Shown here in pieces: positions 9,834-19,163 of a DNA stretch of 64,000 bases. The stretch is from an uncultured Chloroflexia bacterium (lineage in GTDB: Bacteria; Chloroflexota; Limnocylindria; QHBO01): assembly GCA_963840145.1 (NCBI GenBank), contig CAWIXR010000002.1, positions 256,280-320,279 of the forward strand, in the 5' to 3' direction. The stretch's first letter is position 1. Each line of letters begins with the position of its first letter. A program made the position numbers and the translations under genes. The notes under the pieces are model-generated. The model worked only from the letters and a program-made list of their open reading frames with translations, had not been told where the DNA came from and searched no databases.

Positions 9834-10859
9834 ATGTCGGGCTGGCGCATCGCGGCCTATCGCGCCGCGCGCCCGCTCCTCTTCCTGGCCGATGCGGAGC
9901 GCATCCACCACGTCACGCTGAGCCTCCTCGGGTCCTCGTTCGGCCGCACGCTGGCGCCGTTCGCTTCGGGCGCCCGAAGCGGGGAGCCGGTGGAGCTCAT
10001 GGGGTTGCGCTTCCGCAACCGGGTCGGCCTCGGAGCCGGGTTCGACAAGGACGGCCTCGCCATCGAGGGCTGGGCCGCGCTCGGCTTCGGCTTCGTCGAG
10101 CTCGGCACGGTCACGCCTCGACCGCAGGCCGGAAATCCTCGACCGCGCCTCTTTCGTCTGTCGAAGGACGCGGCGCTCATCAATCGGATGGGCTTCAACA
10201 ACGCCGGGGCCGATGCGCTCGCGCGCCGCATCGCCGCCGCCCGCCCGAAGCTGCCGGACGGGTTCGTCATCGGCGTCAACATCGGCCGCAACCGCGATGG
10301 CGATATCTCCGACTACCCCGCCGCCGCCCGCGCGGTCGCTTCCGTCGCGGACTACCTGGCGATCAACGTCAGCAGCCCGAACACACCCGGACTCCGCGAC
10401 CTCGAGGACCCGGAGCGGTTGCTCGAGCTGCTCGCTCTCGTCCTGGAGGCGGCTCCATCGGTCCCGCTCGTCGTCAAGCTGTCGCCCGACCTCACCCACA
10501 ACGCGCGTGCCGACATCATCCGCGCGCTTCCCGAAGCGGCGGGCGGCGTGATCCTCAGCAACACGACCACGGTGCGCGTCGGCCAGCGTTCGCGCCTGGC
10601 CGGTCAGGAGGGCGGGCTGTCGGGCGCGCCGCTGCGCCCGCTGACGCTCGCGGCCGCCGAGGGCGCTCGCCGCACTCTCGGCCCGGATCGCGTGATCGTC
10701 GCCTCGGGCGGCATCGGCTCAGGAGCGAATGCGGCCGCCGCGCTGGCTGCCGGCGCCGACCTCGTCCAGCTCTGGACCGGGATCATCTACGCGGGACCGG
10801 GGCTCATCAGCGAAGCCATTCAGGAGTGCCAACAACCGGTCCGGGGAACGGCTGCCTAG
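9834..10859 (+). CDS. pyrD: dihydroorotate dehydrogenase (quinone), class 2
   Basis: Class-2 DHODH motifs: N-terminal membrane-association helix, GLRFRNRVGLGAGFDKDG, VELGTVTPRPQAGNPRPRLFRL, NVSSPNTPGLR. Confidence 0.9.
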   Translation: MSGWRIAAYRAARPLLFLADAERIHHVTLSLLGSSFGRTLAPFASGARSGEPVELMGLRFRNRVGLGAGFDKDGLAIEGWAALGFGFVELGTVTPRPQAGNPRPRLFRLSKDAALINRMGFNNAGADALARRIAAARPKLPDGFVIGVNIGRNRDGDISDYPAAARAVASVADYLAINVSSPNTPGLRDLEDPERLLELLALVLEAAPSVPLVVKLSPDLTHNARADIIRALPEAAGGVILSNTTTVRVGQRSRLAGQEGGLSGAPLRPLTLAAAEGARRTLGPDRVIVASGGIGSGANAAAALAAGADLVQLWTGIIYAGPGLISEAIQECQQPVRGTAA

Positions 10860-11092
10860 AAAGCGCGATGTTCCTGGGACGCAACCACGGGGTTCGGCCG
10901 CCTCCGTTGTCAATCCTTGCGCCGCGTGACACGACGACGCCTTCCGGACCGAATCCGGGTCGAAGTTCGTCGTTAGGTGCCCGGCGCAAAGCGGCGTGGA
11001 CTGGACGGGTCTGAATCCCCTGCTAGGATGCGTCGGTCTAGCCAAGGTGCGCGGGCAGGACGCGCCGCTCCGTTCACGGAGTGCACCACCTC

Positions 11093-12463
11093 ATGACGAC
11101 CATGGAAGCCACGTCCTCAGCTGCGGCTGCCCCGGAACCGATGGCTCCGCACATCATCACCGAGCTGCCCGGACCGAAGGCCCGGGCCATCATCGCCCGC
11201 GACGAGGCCGTCGCCAGCCCTTCGCTGACCCGCGCCTATCCGCTCGTGGCGGAGTCCGGCGAGGGCATGGTCGTGACCGATGTCGACGGCAATCGCTTCC
11301 TCGACTTCGCCGCCGGCATCGCCGTCTGCTCGACCGGCCACGCCCACCCGAAGGTGACGGCCGCCATCAAGGAGCAGGCCGATCGGCTCATCCACATCGC
11401 CGCGACCGACTTCTACGAGCCCCGCTACCTCGAGCTCATGGAGCGGCTGGCGGCGATCGCGCCGTTCAAGGAGAAGGCGCGCGTCTTCCTCACCAACTCG
11501 GGAACCGAGGCGGTCGAGGGTGCCATCAAGCTGGCCCGCTACCACACCCATCGGCCCGGGATCATCGCCTTCGAGGGCGGCTTCCACGGCCGCACGATGG
11601 GCTCGCTCTCGCTCACCAACTCGAAGATCAAGCAGCGCGCCGGCTTCGGCCCGCTCATCCCGATGGTCCACCACGCGCCGTTCCCGCGCGTCCGCGCCTG
11701 GCGCGACCAGACCGGCGGCGACGGCTCCGCCGAGCTGGAGTACCTGAAGCGCACGATCTTCGGCCGCCAGATCTCGCCCAAGGACGTCGCGGCCATCGTC
11801 GTCGAGCCGATCCAGGGCGAGGGCGGCTACTTCCCCGCTCCGGCCTCGTTCCTCCAGGGACTGCGTGAACTGTGCGACGAGCACGGCATCGTCCTGATCG
11901 CCGACGAGATCCAGTCCGGCATGGGCCGCACGGGCCGCTGGTGGGCGATCGAGGAGTCCGGCGTCGAGCCGGACATCATCACCGTGGCCAAGGGCATCGC
12001 CAGCGGCATGCCCATCGGCGCCTTCGTCGGCCGCGACTCGCTGTGGACCTGGCCGCCGGGCGCCCACGGCTCGACCTTCGCCGGCAACCCGGTCTGCGCC
12101 GCCGCGGCCCTCGCCACGCTCGACGTGATCGAGTCCGAGGGCCTGGCCACCGCCCGCGCGATGGGCGATCGCCTGCGCATCGGGCTCGAGGAGGTCGCCC
12201 GCGGGACCGATGCGGTCGTCGACATCCGCGGTGCCGGCCTCATGCTCGGCGTCGAGTTCGCGACCCACGAGGCTGCGGAAGCGGTCCAGGAGGCCGCCTT
12301 CCAGCGCGGCCTGCTGACCCTGGAGTGCGGCGAGTCGTCGCTGCGCTTCAGCCCGCCGCTGATCGTCGATGCCGAGTCGGTCGACACCGCCATCCGGATC
12401 TTCGGCGAGGCGCTCCCGGCGGCCTCGCCCGCAGAGGCCGGCACGGCCGTGACCGGCGGCTGA
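11093..12463 (+). CDS. gabT: 4-aminobutyrate aminotransferase (class III PLP aminotransferase)
   Basis: Colinear with mycobacterial/E. coli GabT: ITELPGPKA, VDGNRFLDFAAGIAV, AFEGGFHGRT, VVEPIQGEGG, ADEIQSG, TVAKGIA (PLP Lys). GGAG lies 12 nt upstream of the ATG. Confidence 0.8.
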   Translation: MTTMEATSSAAAAPEPMAPHIITELPGPKARAIIARDEAVASPSLTRAYPLVAESGEGMVVTDVDGNRFLDFAAGIAVCSTGHAHPKVTAAIKEQADRLIHIAATDFYEPRYLELMERLAAIAPFKEKARVFLTNSGTEAVEGAIKLARYHTHRPGIIAFEGGFHGRTMGSLSLTNSKIKQRAGFGPLIPMVHHAPFPRVRAWRDQTGGDGSAELEYLKRTIFGRQISPKDVAAIVVEPIQGEGGYFPAPASFLQGLRELCDEHGIVLIADEIQSGMGRTGRWWAIEESGVEPDIITVAKGIASGMPIGAFVGRDSLWTWPPGAHGSTFAGNPVCAAAALATLDVIESEGLATARAMGDRLRIGLEEVARGTDAVVDIRGAGLMLGVEFATHEAAEAVQEAAFQRGLLTLECGESSLRFSPPLIVDAESVDTAIRIFGEALPAASPAEAGTAVTGG

Positions 12464-12473
12464 AGGTCCGAGG

Positions 12474-13145
12474 ATGGCCGGCGCGGGCCGCGTCCTGATC
12501 ACCGGCGCGAGCGGTGGCGCCGGAGGGGGCGTGGTCGCGGCCTTCCTCGAAGCGGGCTGGCAGGTGGCAGCCGTCACGCGCCGCGACCCGCCTGGCGAGC
12601 CGGCCGAGGTTGCGTGGATCCGCGCCGATCTCGTCGACGCCGACGCGGCCACCGCCATGGTCGCCGAGGCGGTTACCGCGCTCGGCGGCCTCGACGCACT
12701 CGTCTGCCTCGCCGGTGGCTACTCCAGCGCGAAGCTCGAGGAGCTCGCCTGGGCCGATTTCGAGCAGCAGTTCGCGACGAGCCTGCGGCCGACGGTCGAA
12801 TCGGTCCTCGCGGCGCTCCCGGCTGTGCGGAAGTCGCCGTCCGGGGCGATCGTCACGATAAGTGCGCAGACGACCCTGAAGCCCGGGCGCAACGCCGGCC
12901 CGTACGCCGCCGCAAAGGCCGCGGTCGCGACCTGGTCGCTGTCGCTGGCGGCCGGCCTCAAGGCATCGGGCGTGCGCGTGAACTGCGTTCTGCCCGGAAC
13001 GCTGGACACCGAGGCCAACCGGGCATCGATGCCGGACGCGAAGCGCGACGCGTGGGTCGGGCCGCGCGAGCTCGGCAACCTGATCGTCTACCTCTGTTCG
13101 CCGGCCTCGAAGCCGCTGACCGGGACCGCCATCCCGATCGGCTAG
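12474..13145 (+). CDS. SDR family oxidoreductase
   Basis: N-terminal ITGASGGAGG Rossmann motif. Active-site YAAAK (YxxxK). Confidence 0.82.
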   Translation: MAGAGRVLITGASGGAGGGVVAAFLEAGWQVAAVTRRDPPGEPAEVAWIRADLVDADAATAMVAEAVTALGGLDALVCLAGGYSSAKLEELAWADFEQQFATSLRPTVESVLAALPAVRKSPSGAIVTISAQTTLKPGRNAGPYAAAKAAVATWSLSLAAGLKASGVRVNCVLPGTLDTEANRASMPDAKRDAWVGPRELGNLIVYLCSPASKPLTGTAIPIG

Positions 13146-14416
13146 CTGCCGTCCGCGAGGTCGGAGATGCTGCTCGGCGTGAGCCCCTTGGCCCGCAATC
13201 CGCGGATCATCGACGGCAGCGCGTCGAACGTCTCCCAGCCACCGAGATGCGCGAGCACGATGCTGCCGTTCGCCGCGCCGTTCACGACCTTGTCGGACAT
13301 CGACAGCGCGGTCGGGCCGCCGTCGGCGATCGGCCTCCAATCGATCGTGTCGATGTGCCACATGACCGTCTTCTTGTAGCCGGCCGCCGAGGCCGCGATG
13401 CGGACCTGTTGGTCGTGCGACCCGTACGGCGGGCGCCAGTACGGCAGCGTCGACATCCCGGTGATGCCGACGACCGTCGTGTTCGTCGAGTTGAGCTGCG
13501 ACTGCACGAACGACGACGAGGCGTGCCCCGCCGGGCACCCGGTGCCGCCGCCGCGCACGAGGTCGCAGTGGTCCTGGGTGTGATTGCCGAACTCGAAGAC
13601 CGCGGGGAAGCTGTCCATGAACTCGAGGACGGCGTTGCCGGCCGGCACCTCGGCGGCGTCGCCGGTCGGGAAGATCGTCGCGCAGACGCCGTTGAGGAGC
13701 AGGCGCTTGGCGATCGCCATCGCCGGATCGAGCCGGCCGCCCATGTCGAACGTCAGCGCGACCTCGGGACCGGCGCTGGTGAGCCGTGACCAGACCGCGG
13801 TCCCGCCATCGGCCTTCGGCCCGGTCCGGCAGTCGAGGACCCGCGCAAGGTGGTTGCCGCCCGACGGCAGCCAGGCACCGGCGAACGGCCCGCTGACGAC
13901 CGAGTAGTAGAGCGTGCCGTTGATGACTGCCGACCCCGACGCCATCGCGCTCGACGGCGAGTTCACCGTCAGGACCGGCGCGCTGACGAGGTTCCAGCTC
14001 GCGTCGAACGTGTAGGCGAGGACCTTGCCGACCGGCAGGCTGATCGCCCGATCAGGCGTGAAGTCCCGCTCGCCGACGATCCCGACGACGTACGCCACGA
14101 TCGACTCGCGGATCCAGTAGCCGGCCATCGGCCCGGTCGACATGCGCAGGAAGACGCCGCGCGTCCCGATCGACGAGCGCTGGACGGTCTGCACGCTCAA
14201 CGGGTCGACGGCGTTCGCGGAGCGGCTGCCGGTGATCGTGCCGTTCGCGTTGAAGGTGTACCCGGTGTGATGGCCGGCCTCCAGACGCATCGTCATCGGC
14301 GCCGATGGCGTGGGCGAGACGGCCGCGACCGGGCTCGGGCCGCCGACCGATGGGACGGCGAACGCGGTCACCGCCACGAGAGCGGCGAGACCGATGCGAG
14401 CGATGGTATTGCGCAT
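13142..14416 (-). CDS. secreted polysaccharide deacetylase (CE4/NodB domain)
   Basis: Signal peptide. NodB motifs TFDMGG, HTQDHCDL, PYWRPPYG. The N-terminal ~200 aa form an extra beta-rich domain. Confidence 0.8.
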   Translation of the reverse strand: MRNTIARIGLAALVAVTAFAVPSVGGPSPVAAVSPTPSAPMTMRLEAGHHTGYTFNANGTITGSRSANAVDPLSVQTVQRSSIGTRGVFLRMSTGPMAGYWIRESIVAYVVGIVGERDFTPDRAISLPVGKVLAYTFDASWNLVSAPVLTVNSPSSAMASGSAVINGTLYYSVVSGPFAGAWLPSGGNHLARVLDCRTGPKADGGTAVWSRLTSAGPEVALTFDMGGRLDPAMAIAKRLLLNGVCATIFPTGDAAEVPAGNAVLEFMDSFPAVFEFGNHTQDHCDLVRGGGTGCPAGHASSSFVQSQLNSTNTTVVGITGMSTLPYWRPPYGSHDQQVRIAASAAGYKKTVMWHIDTIDWRPIADGGPTALSMSDKVVNGAANGSIVLAHLGGWETFDALPSMIRGLRAKGLTPSSISDLADGS

Positions 14417-14435
14417 GATGGGTTCCCCCTTCGGG

Positions 14436-15554
14436 TCAGTTCAGCAGGTCGGAGAGGCTGGTCAGGGTGAATCCGCGGTCGCGGAGCCCCGGCACGATGA
14501 GCTCGAGCGCGTCGATCGTCTCGTAGCCGCCGAGGTGGAAGAGGACGTTCGAGCCGTTCACCGAGTTGTTGATGACCTTGGCCGCGATCTGGGCGGCAGT
14601 CGGGCCGCCCTGGCCGATCGGCTTCCAGTCGACCGTGTCGATGTCCCACAGGAAGGTCTTCGTATAGCCCACCGAAGCGACGGCATCGATGACCGCCTGG
14701 TTGACCGATCCGTACGGCGGGCGCCAGTAGGGCTGCGGGTTCTGCCCGGTGCCGGCGCGGAGGATGGCCTCGGCATCGGTCATCTCCTGGCGGATTCGGT
14801 TGGCGTCGAAGGACCCGGTGCATGGCCCCGTGCTCGGCGATCCGCCACCGCCGCGCGCGAGGTCGCAGTGGTACATCGTGTGGTTGGCGATCTCGAACAG
14901 CTCGGGGTGGTCGCGGATGATCGCCATCACCTGCCGGCCCTCATCTGTCTCGCTCATCACGCCGGTGGCGAAGATCGTGGCGCACACCTCATTATCGACG
15001 AGGAAGTTCATGATCTCGACCGCCGGGTCCATGCGCCCGCCCATGTCGAAGGTGAGTGCCACGCCCGGACCGGCGTCGGGGATCGTGCGGAAGGTCTGTG
15101 GCGAGCCCGCGCCGACGCGGTTGTTGGCGGTGCAGCCCGAGCCCGATGGCGGCGGGACCGGCGTGGCCGTCGGGGCCGGCAGCGGCGTGACCCCGGGGTC
15201 GCCGCTCACGATCAGGACCCAGCCGGGCTCGATGACGCCGGGGTCCGTCAGCAGTGACGGGTAGGCATCGCCGTTCCAGGCCTGGAGCTGCGTGGCGGTC
15301 GTGCCGTAGGCGCGGGCGATCCCCGTCAGCGAGTCACCCCGCTGGACGGTGTACGTCGTGCCGGTCACCGGCGACTCGTCGGGGCTCGACGAGGGCGTCG
15401 CGTCGGGGTCGTCGGACTCCGACGGTGCTGGCGAGAACGTGCCGCCACCGGGCAGGCCGATCGTTGGCGTGGACCTGGGCGTGGCCGCCGGGCTCGCGCA
15501 GGCGGAGACGGCGAGCAGCAGCGCAAGAAGGCTCGGCAGCCGGATGGAGCGCAT
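14436..15554 (-). CDS. lipoprotein with LysM domain + polysaccharide deacetylase (CE4/NodB) domain
   Basis: Lipobox LAVSAC. LysM is YTVQRGDSLTGIARAYGTTATQLQAWN. NodB motifs TFDMGG, HTMYHCDL, PYWRPPYG. Paralog of the upstream gene. Confidence 0.82.
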   Translation of the reverse strand: MRSIRLPSLLALLLAVSACASPAATPRSTPTIGLPGGGTFSPAPSESDDPDATPSSSPDESPVTGTTYTVQRGDSLTGIARAYGTTATQLQAWNGDAYPSLLTDPGVIEPGWVLIVSGDPGVTPLPAPTATPVPPPSGSGCTANNRVGAGSPQTFRTIPDAGPGVALTFDMGGRMDPAVEIMNFLVDNEVCATIFATGVMSETDEGRQVMAIIRDHPELFEIANHTMYHCDLARGGGGSPSTGPCTGSFDANRIRQEMTDAEAILRAGTGQNPQPYWRPPYGSVNQAVIDAVASVGYTKTFLWDIDTVDWKPIGQGGPTAAQIAAKVINNSVNGSNVLFHLGGYETIDALELIVPGLRDRGFTLTSLSDLLN

Positions 15555-15558
15555 GGGC

Positions 15559-16305
15559 CTAGTTGTGGTGGTAGCCGATGTCCGACGGTTGCACCGGTGG
15601 CATTGCGCCGTCGTCCAGCAGGCGTGCCTCGCGCTGAAGGAGGTGGAGCTCGGTGCGGAGGCGCGTCGCCGCGTCGGGAATCTCGAGCAGGTGCTGCTTG
15701 CGTGACAGCTCGATCTGGAGCAAGCCGCCGATCGCGTAGCTCGCGGCGACCGGGTCGTCCGGGAGGTGAATCGGCTTGAGCATGCGGTCGAGCGAAGCGG
15801 CCACGTCGGTAGGCTCCTGCGGTTCGTTGCGGCCCACAGACGCCGCCCGCACCACGAAACGTTTCACCGTGGCGAGGTAGCCGTCGAGCGCGGCCTGCAC
15901 GCGCGGCATCAGCGCGGCGGCCCCGTCGCCGGTCGGATCCGGGATCTCGGTGGCCTCGACCAGGTTGTACGGCGTGCTCGCGTCCTCGACCGCCGCGATG
16001 TGCGCGCGGGCCACGCCGACCCCGATGAGCATCCAGCGACCGTCGGGGAACCGCTCGGCGCTGCGCACCTCGCAGATCGTGCCGACGTCGTGGATCGTGG
16101 CGTTCGCGGCGCCCTCGGCGCCGTCGGTGATCATGCTCACGACGAAGCGGCCGGCATAGGGCGAGTCATCGGCCATCAGGTCGGTGGCCATGGCCCGGTA
16201 GCGCTCCTCGAAGATGTGCAGCGGGAGCGGCAGGTGCGGGAAGAGCACCGTGTGGAGCGGGAAGACCGGAAGCTGCATCGCGGGGGCATCCTGCCACCGG
16301 TCCAT
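15559..16305 (-). CDS. LON N-terminal (substrate-binding) domain protein, standalone
   Basis: LPVFPLHTVLFPHLPLPLHIFEERYR matches PF02190. There is no AAA+ or protease domain. The true start may be Met10 (16278). Confidence 0.72.
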   Translation of the reverse strand: MDRWQDAPAMQLPVFPLHTVLFPHLPLPLHIFEERYRAMATDLMADDSPYAGRFVVSMITDGAEGAANATIHDVGTICEVRSAERFPDGRWMLIGVGVARAHIAAVEDASTPYNLVEATEIPDPTGDGAAALMPRVQAALDGYLATVKRFVVRAASVGRNEPQEPTDVAASLDRMLKPIHLPDDPVAASYAIGGLLQIELSRKQHLLEIPDAATRLRTELHLLQREARLLDDGAMPPVQPSDIGYHHN

Positions 16306-16333
16306 GGCCGCGGCAAGCGCGGCGGGGCGCCGG

Positions 16334-16350
16334 AGTATATATGTATATAC
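16334..16350 (-). promoter_or_regulatory. AT-rich near-palindrome GTATATATGTATATAC about 30-45 nt upstream of the LON-domain gene start; candidate -10/operator
   Basis: A 16-mer of pure A/T/G(Y) in a ~70% GC context, flanked by CCGG. Located between the ALDH stop and the LON-domain gene start. Confidence 0.3.
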
Positions 16351-16368
16351 CGGTGGCCCGTAAGACCG

Positions 16369-17865
16369 CTACTCGTCGATGAAGGTCGTGTCGATCTGCG
16401 CGCGCTGGAGCTTGCCGGAGTAGTCGATGTAGACGCTCTTCCACTCGCTGAAGAAGTCGAGGGCGGCCTGTCCGACCTCGCGGTGGCCGTTGCCGGTGGC
16501 CTTCGTGCCACCGAACGGCAGGTGCGCCTCCGCGCCGATCGTGCCGTGGTTGACGTACCCGAGGCCGGTGTCGAAGTCGCGGATCGAGCGGAAGGCGAGG
16601 CCGATGTCGTTCGTGAACAGCGAGCTCGACAGCCCGTACTTCACGCCGTTCACGACCCGCACCGCCTCGTCCCAGTCGTCGACCGGGATCACCGAGGTGA
16701 CGGGCCCGAAGATCTCCTCCTGCGCGATCCGCGCGTCGGGCTTGACCTCGGCGAAGATCGTCGGTTCGAAGAAGGAGCCCTTCGCCAGCGCGCCATCGCG
16801 CGCGGGCCCGCCGCCGATCACCAGATCGGCCTCGTCGCGGCCGATGGCGGCGTAGGAGGCGATGCGCTCGACAGCGGTCTCGTTGATGACCGGCCCGACA
16901 TCGGTCTTCTCGTCCAGGCCGTCGCCGAGGACCAGCTTGGCCACCCGCTGCTGCAGCCGATGGACGAAGTCGTCGTGGATGGACCGATGCACCACCAGCC
17001 TCGATGCCGCCGTGCAGCGCTGGCCGGAGGTTCCGAACGCGGACCAGACGACGCTGTCGAGTGCGAGGTCGAGGTCGGCGTCCTCCCAGATCACGATCGG
17101 GTTCTTGCCGCCCAGCTCGAGGCTGACGCGCTTCAGCGTCTTCGCGGCGCGGGTGCTGATCTCGATGCCGGTATCCGTATGGCCGGTAAAGCTGATGAGC
17201 TTGACGTCGGGGTGGTCGACGATCGCATTGCCGACCTCGCCGCCGGAGCCGGTAACGACGTTCACGACGCCCTCGGGAAGGCCGCCCTCGACGAGCAGCT
17301 CGACGAAGCGGACCAGGCACGCCGGTGTGTCGGACGCGGGCTTGACGACGGCCGTGTTGCCGCAGATCAGCGCCGGGAACAGCTTCCAGGCGGGGATCGC
17401 GACCGGGAAGTTCCAGGGCGTGATGACGCCGACCACGCCGATCGGCCGGCGGATGGCCATCGCGAACTTGTCGGGCATCTCCGACGGCACGGTCTGGCCG
17501 AAGAGGCGGCGCCCCTCGCCGCCCATGTAGTAGGCGACGTCGATCGCCTCCTGGACGTCGCCACGCGCCTCGGGCAGCACCTTGCCCATCTCGCGCGTCA
17601 TCAGCCGGCTCAGCTCCTCCTTGTGCTCGGCGAGGAGCCGCGCGATGCGGAACAGGATCTCGCCGCGCTTCGGCGCCGGCATCCCGCTCCAGGCGGGGAA
17701 GGCGGCCACAGCCGCCGCGACGGCGGCGTCGACGTCGGCCGGACCGGAGGCGGCGAACTCCCCGACCACGTCGTCGCGGTTCGCCGGGCTGACGCTGGTG
17801 AATGTTGCGCCCGATCCGGCCGGCTTCCAGTCGGCGCCGATCAGGTTCTGGTAGGTCTTCGTCAC
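16369..17865 (-). CDS. aldehyde dehydrogenase family protein
   Basis: ORF 16369..18336 trimmed to a GTG start (Val158) preceded by GGAGAG 9 nt upstream. ALDH motifs: VITPWNFP, ELGGKNP, GQRCTAASR catalytic Cys, EIFGPV. The upstream 157 codons are low-complexity. Confidence 0.85.
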   Translation of the reverse strand: MTKTYQNLIGADWKPAGSGATFTSVSPANRDDVVGEFAASGPADVDAAVAAAVAAFPAWSGMPAPKRGEILFRIARLLAEHKEELSRLMTREMGKVLPEARGDVQEAIDVAYYMGGEGRRLFGQTVPSEMPDKFAMAIRRPIGVVGVITPWNFPVAIPAWKLFPALICGNTAVVKPASDTPACLVRFVELLVEGGLPEGVVNVVTGSGGEVGNAIVDHPDVKLISFTGHTDTGIEISTRAAKTLKRVSLELGGKNPIVIWEDADLDLALDSVVWSAFGTSGQRCTAASRLVVHRSIHDDFVHRLQQRVAKLVLGDGLDEKTDVGPVINETAVERIASYAAIGRDEADLVIGGGPARDGALAKGSFFEPTIFAEVKPDARIAQEEIFGPVTSVIPVDDWDEAVRVVNGVKYGLSSSLFTNDIGLAFRSIRDFDTGLGYVNHGTIGAEAHLPFGGTKATGNGHREVGQAALDFFSEWKSVYIDYSGKLQRAQIDTTFIDE

Positions 17866-18236
17866 GAGGTGTGTCTCTCCGGAGTGCGGGCGGTGGTTCG
17901 GTGGGGCTGCGAGCGTATCGGTTCGTCGTTGTACGCGCCAGCGCGGATTCCCGGGGCGAGCGGGACATTCGCCCCTTGGGCCGATGGGCGCGCCTCCTGC
18001 ATCATCGGTCCACAATTGAAGAACCGTCGTGGCGGGTTCCTGTAAACCAACGAATACGGGGCTGAAGTAGTGGCACCCCGCCATGACGGATCGACGCCGA
18101 TGCCGGTCCGGAAACGGGCCGGCATCGGTCTTGTTCCAGTAAGCGGCTGGTAAGCGGCCGCAAAGATACTCGGCGTCAGAATGGTCGACAGACATCCGAT
18201 CGCCGGCTCGCCTCCGTGGAACAGGAGGCTGCCCCG

Positions 18237-19163
18237 ATGCTCTCTCGACGGATCGCGCTGGCCATGCTCGGCTCCGTGCTGATCCTTTCCGCCGGCGTGA
18301 TGCCGGCATCGGCCGCAAGGCCGACGCGCCCGGCACCCGCTGCCGAGCGCCCGAACCCTCCGGCGGAGCGTCCGCTCACCGCGGAGGAGCAGGCCGCGTC
18401 CGCCCGCAAGGTCGCCGCCGCCATGCGCTACCTCGCCTCGCCGGAGGCCCAGGCCTTCGGGCGGGTGACGCTCGCCTGCGCCACCCCCGAGGCACCCCCA
18501 CCCGCGGAGCCCGGCACCGATGGCATGAGCCCGCAGGCCGATCCAACCACGAACAGCGCCTGCGGCCCGCCGTCCGACTTCCTGGGCGTCTCGGCTCGCG
18601 ACCAGATCAAGTGGTTTTACTGCGGCCCGGCGGTCGGCCAGGTGATCGCCAACTACACCTGGGCGGTGCCGCTCCAGGCAAACAAGTACACGCAGAACCA
18701 GATCGCGGCCTGGATGGCCACCGATGCCAATGGGGGCACGAGCGCGTTCACGATGGAGGACGGGCTCGAGCTGGCAACGGCGGGCGCGCCTCGCCGTCCG
18801 GCCGGCTGGGACTGGGTCGTGACGCGCCTCGAGGACACCGACCACGACGGCACCTTCGGCGACCAGCTCCACGACTACGTTCGCGCGAACGTGACCGGCA
18901 GCAGGATGGCCCTCGCCATCTCCGTCAAGCCGCACGATCCCAACGGCCGATTCCACCTCAGCAGCTGGCCGGACCCCGTCGTCTCGGGTGGCCACTGGAT
19001 CGCCGCCTACGGCTGGTGGGGGATCTACGACGGGACAAACAGCGCGCGACTGTACTACACCGACTCGTCCGAGGATGAGGGCGGGGCCACTGGGCGCTTC
19101 TGGGATCCCGTGCGCCACATCGGCGGCATGATCCGGGACCACCTGCAGCGGTTTGTCTGGTGA
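18237..19163 (+). CDS. secreted protein, possible papain-fold/C39-like cysteine peptidase
   Basis: ATG 18237 with AGGAGG 8 nt upstream. Signal peptide RRIALAMLGSVLILSAGVMPASA. Candidate Cys (FYCGPAVGQ) and His (GGHWIAAYGW) dyad. The fold assignment is tentative. Confidence 0.6.
   Translation: MLSRRIALAMLGSVLILSAGVMPASAARPTRPAPAAERPNPPAERPLTAEEQAASARKVAAAMRYLASPEAQAFGRVTLACATPEAPPPAEPGTDGMSPQADPTTNSACGPPSDFLGVSARDQIKWFYCGPAVGQVIANYTWAVPLQANKYTQNQIAAWMATDANGGTSAFTMEDGLELATAGAPRRPAGWDWVVTRLEDTDHDGTFGDQLHDYVRANVTGSRMALAISVKPHDPNGRFHLSSWPDPVVSGGHWIAAYGWWGIYDGTNSARLYYTDSSEDEGGATGRFWDPVRHIGGMIRDHLQRFVW

Noticed and set aside
15766-18045. 759-aa plus-strand ORF and 600-aa minus-strand ORF spanning the LON-domain and ALDH genes
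   Set aside because: Antisense or alternate-frame shadows (H/R/D/G-rich) overlapping two homolog-supported CDS.
17866-18336. 157-codon upstream extension of the ALDH ORF 16369..18336
   Set aside because: Low-complexity. A GTG with a GGAGAG SD at the correct spacing marks the start of ALDH homology.
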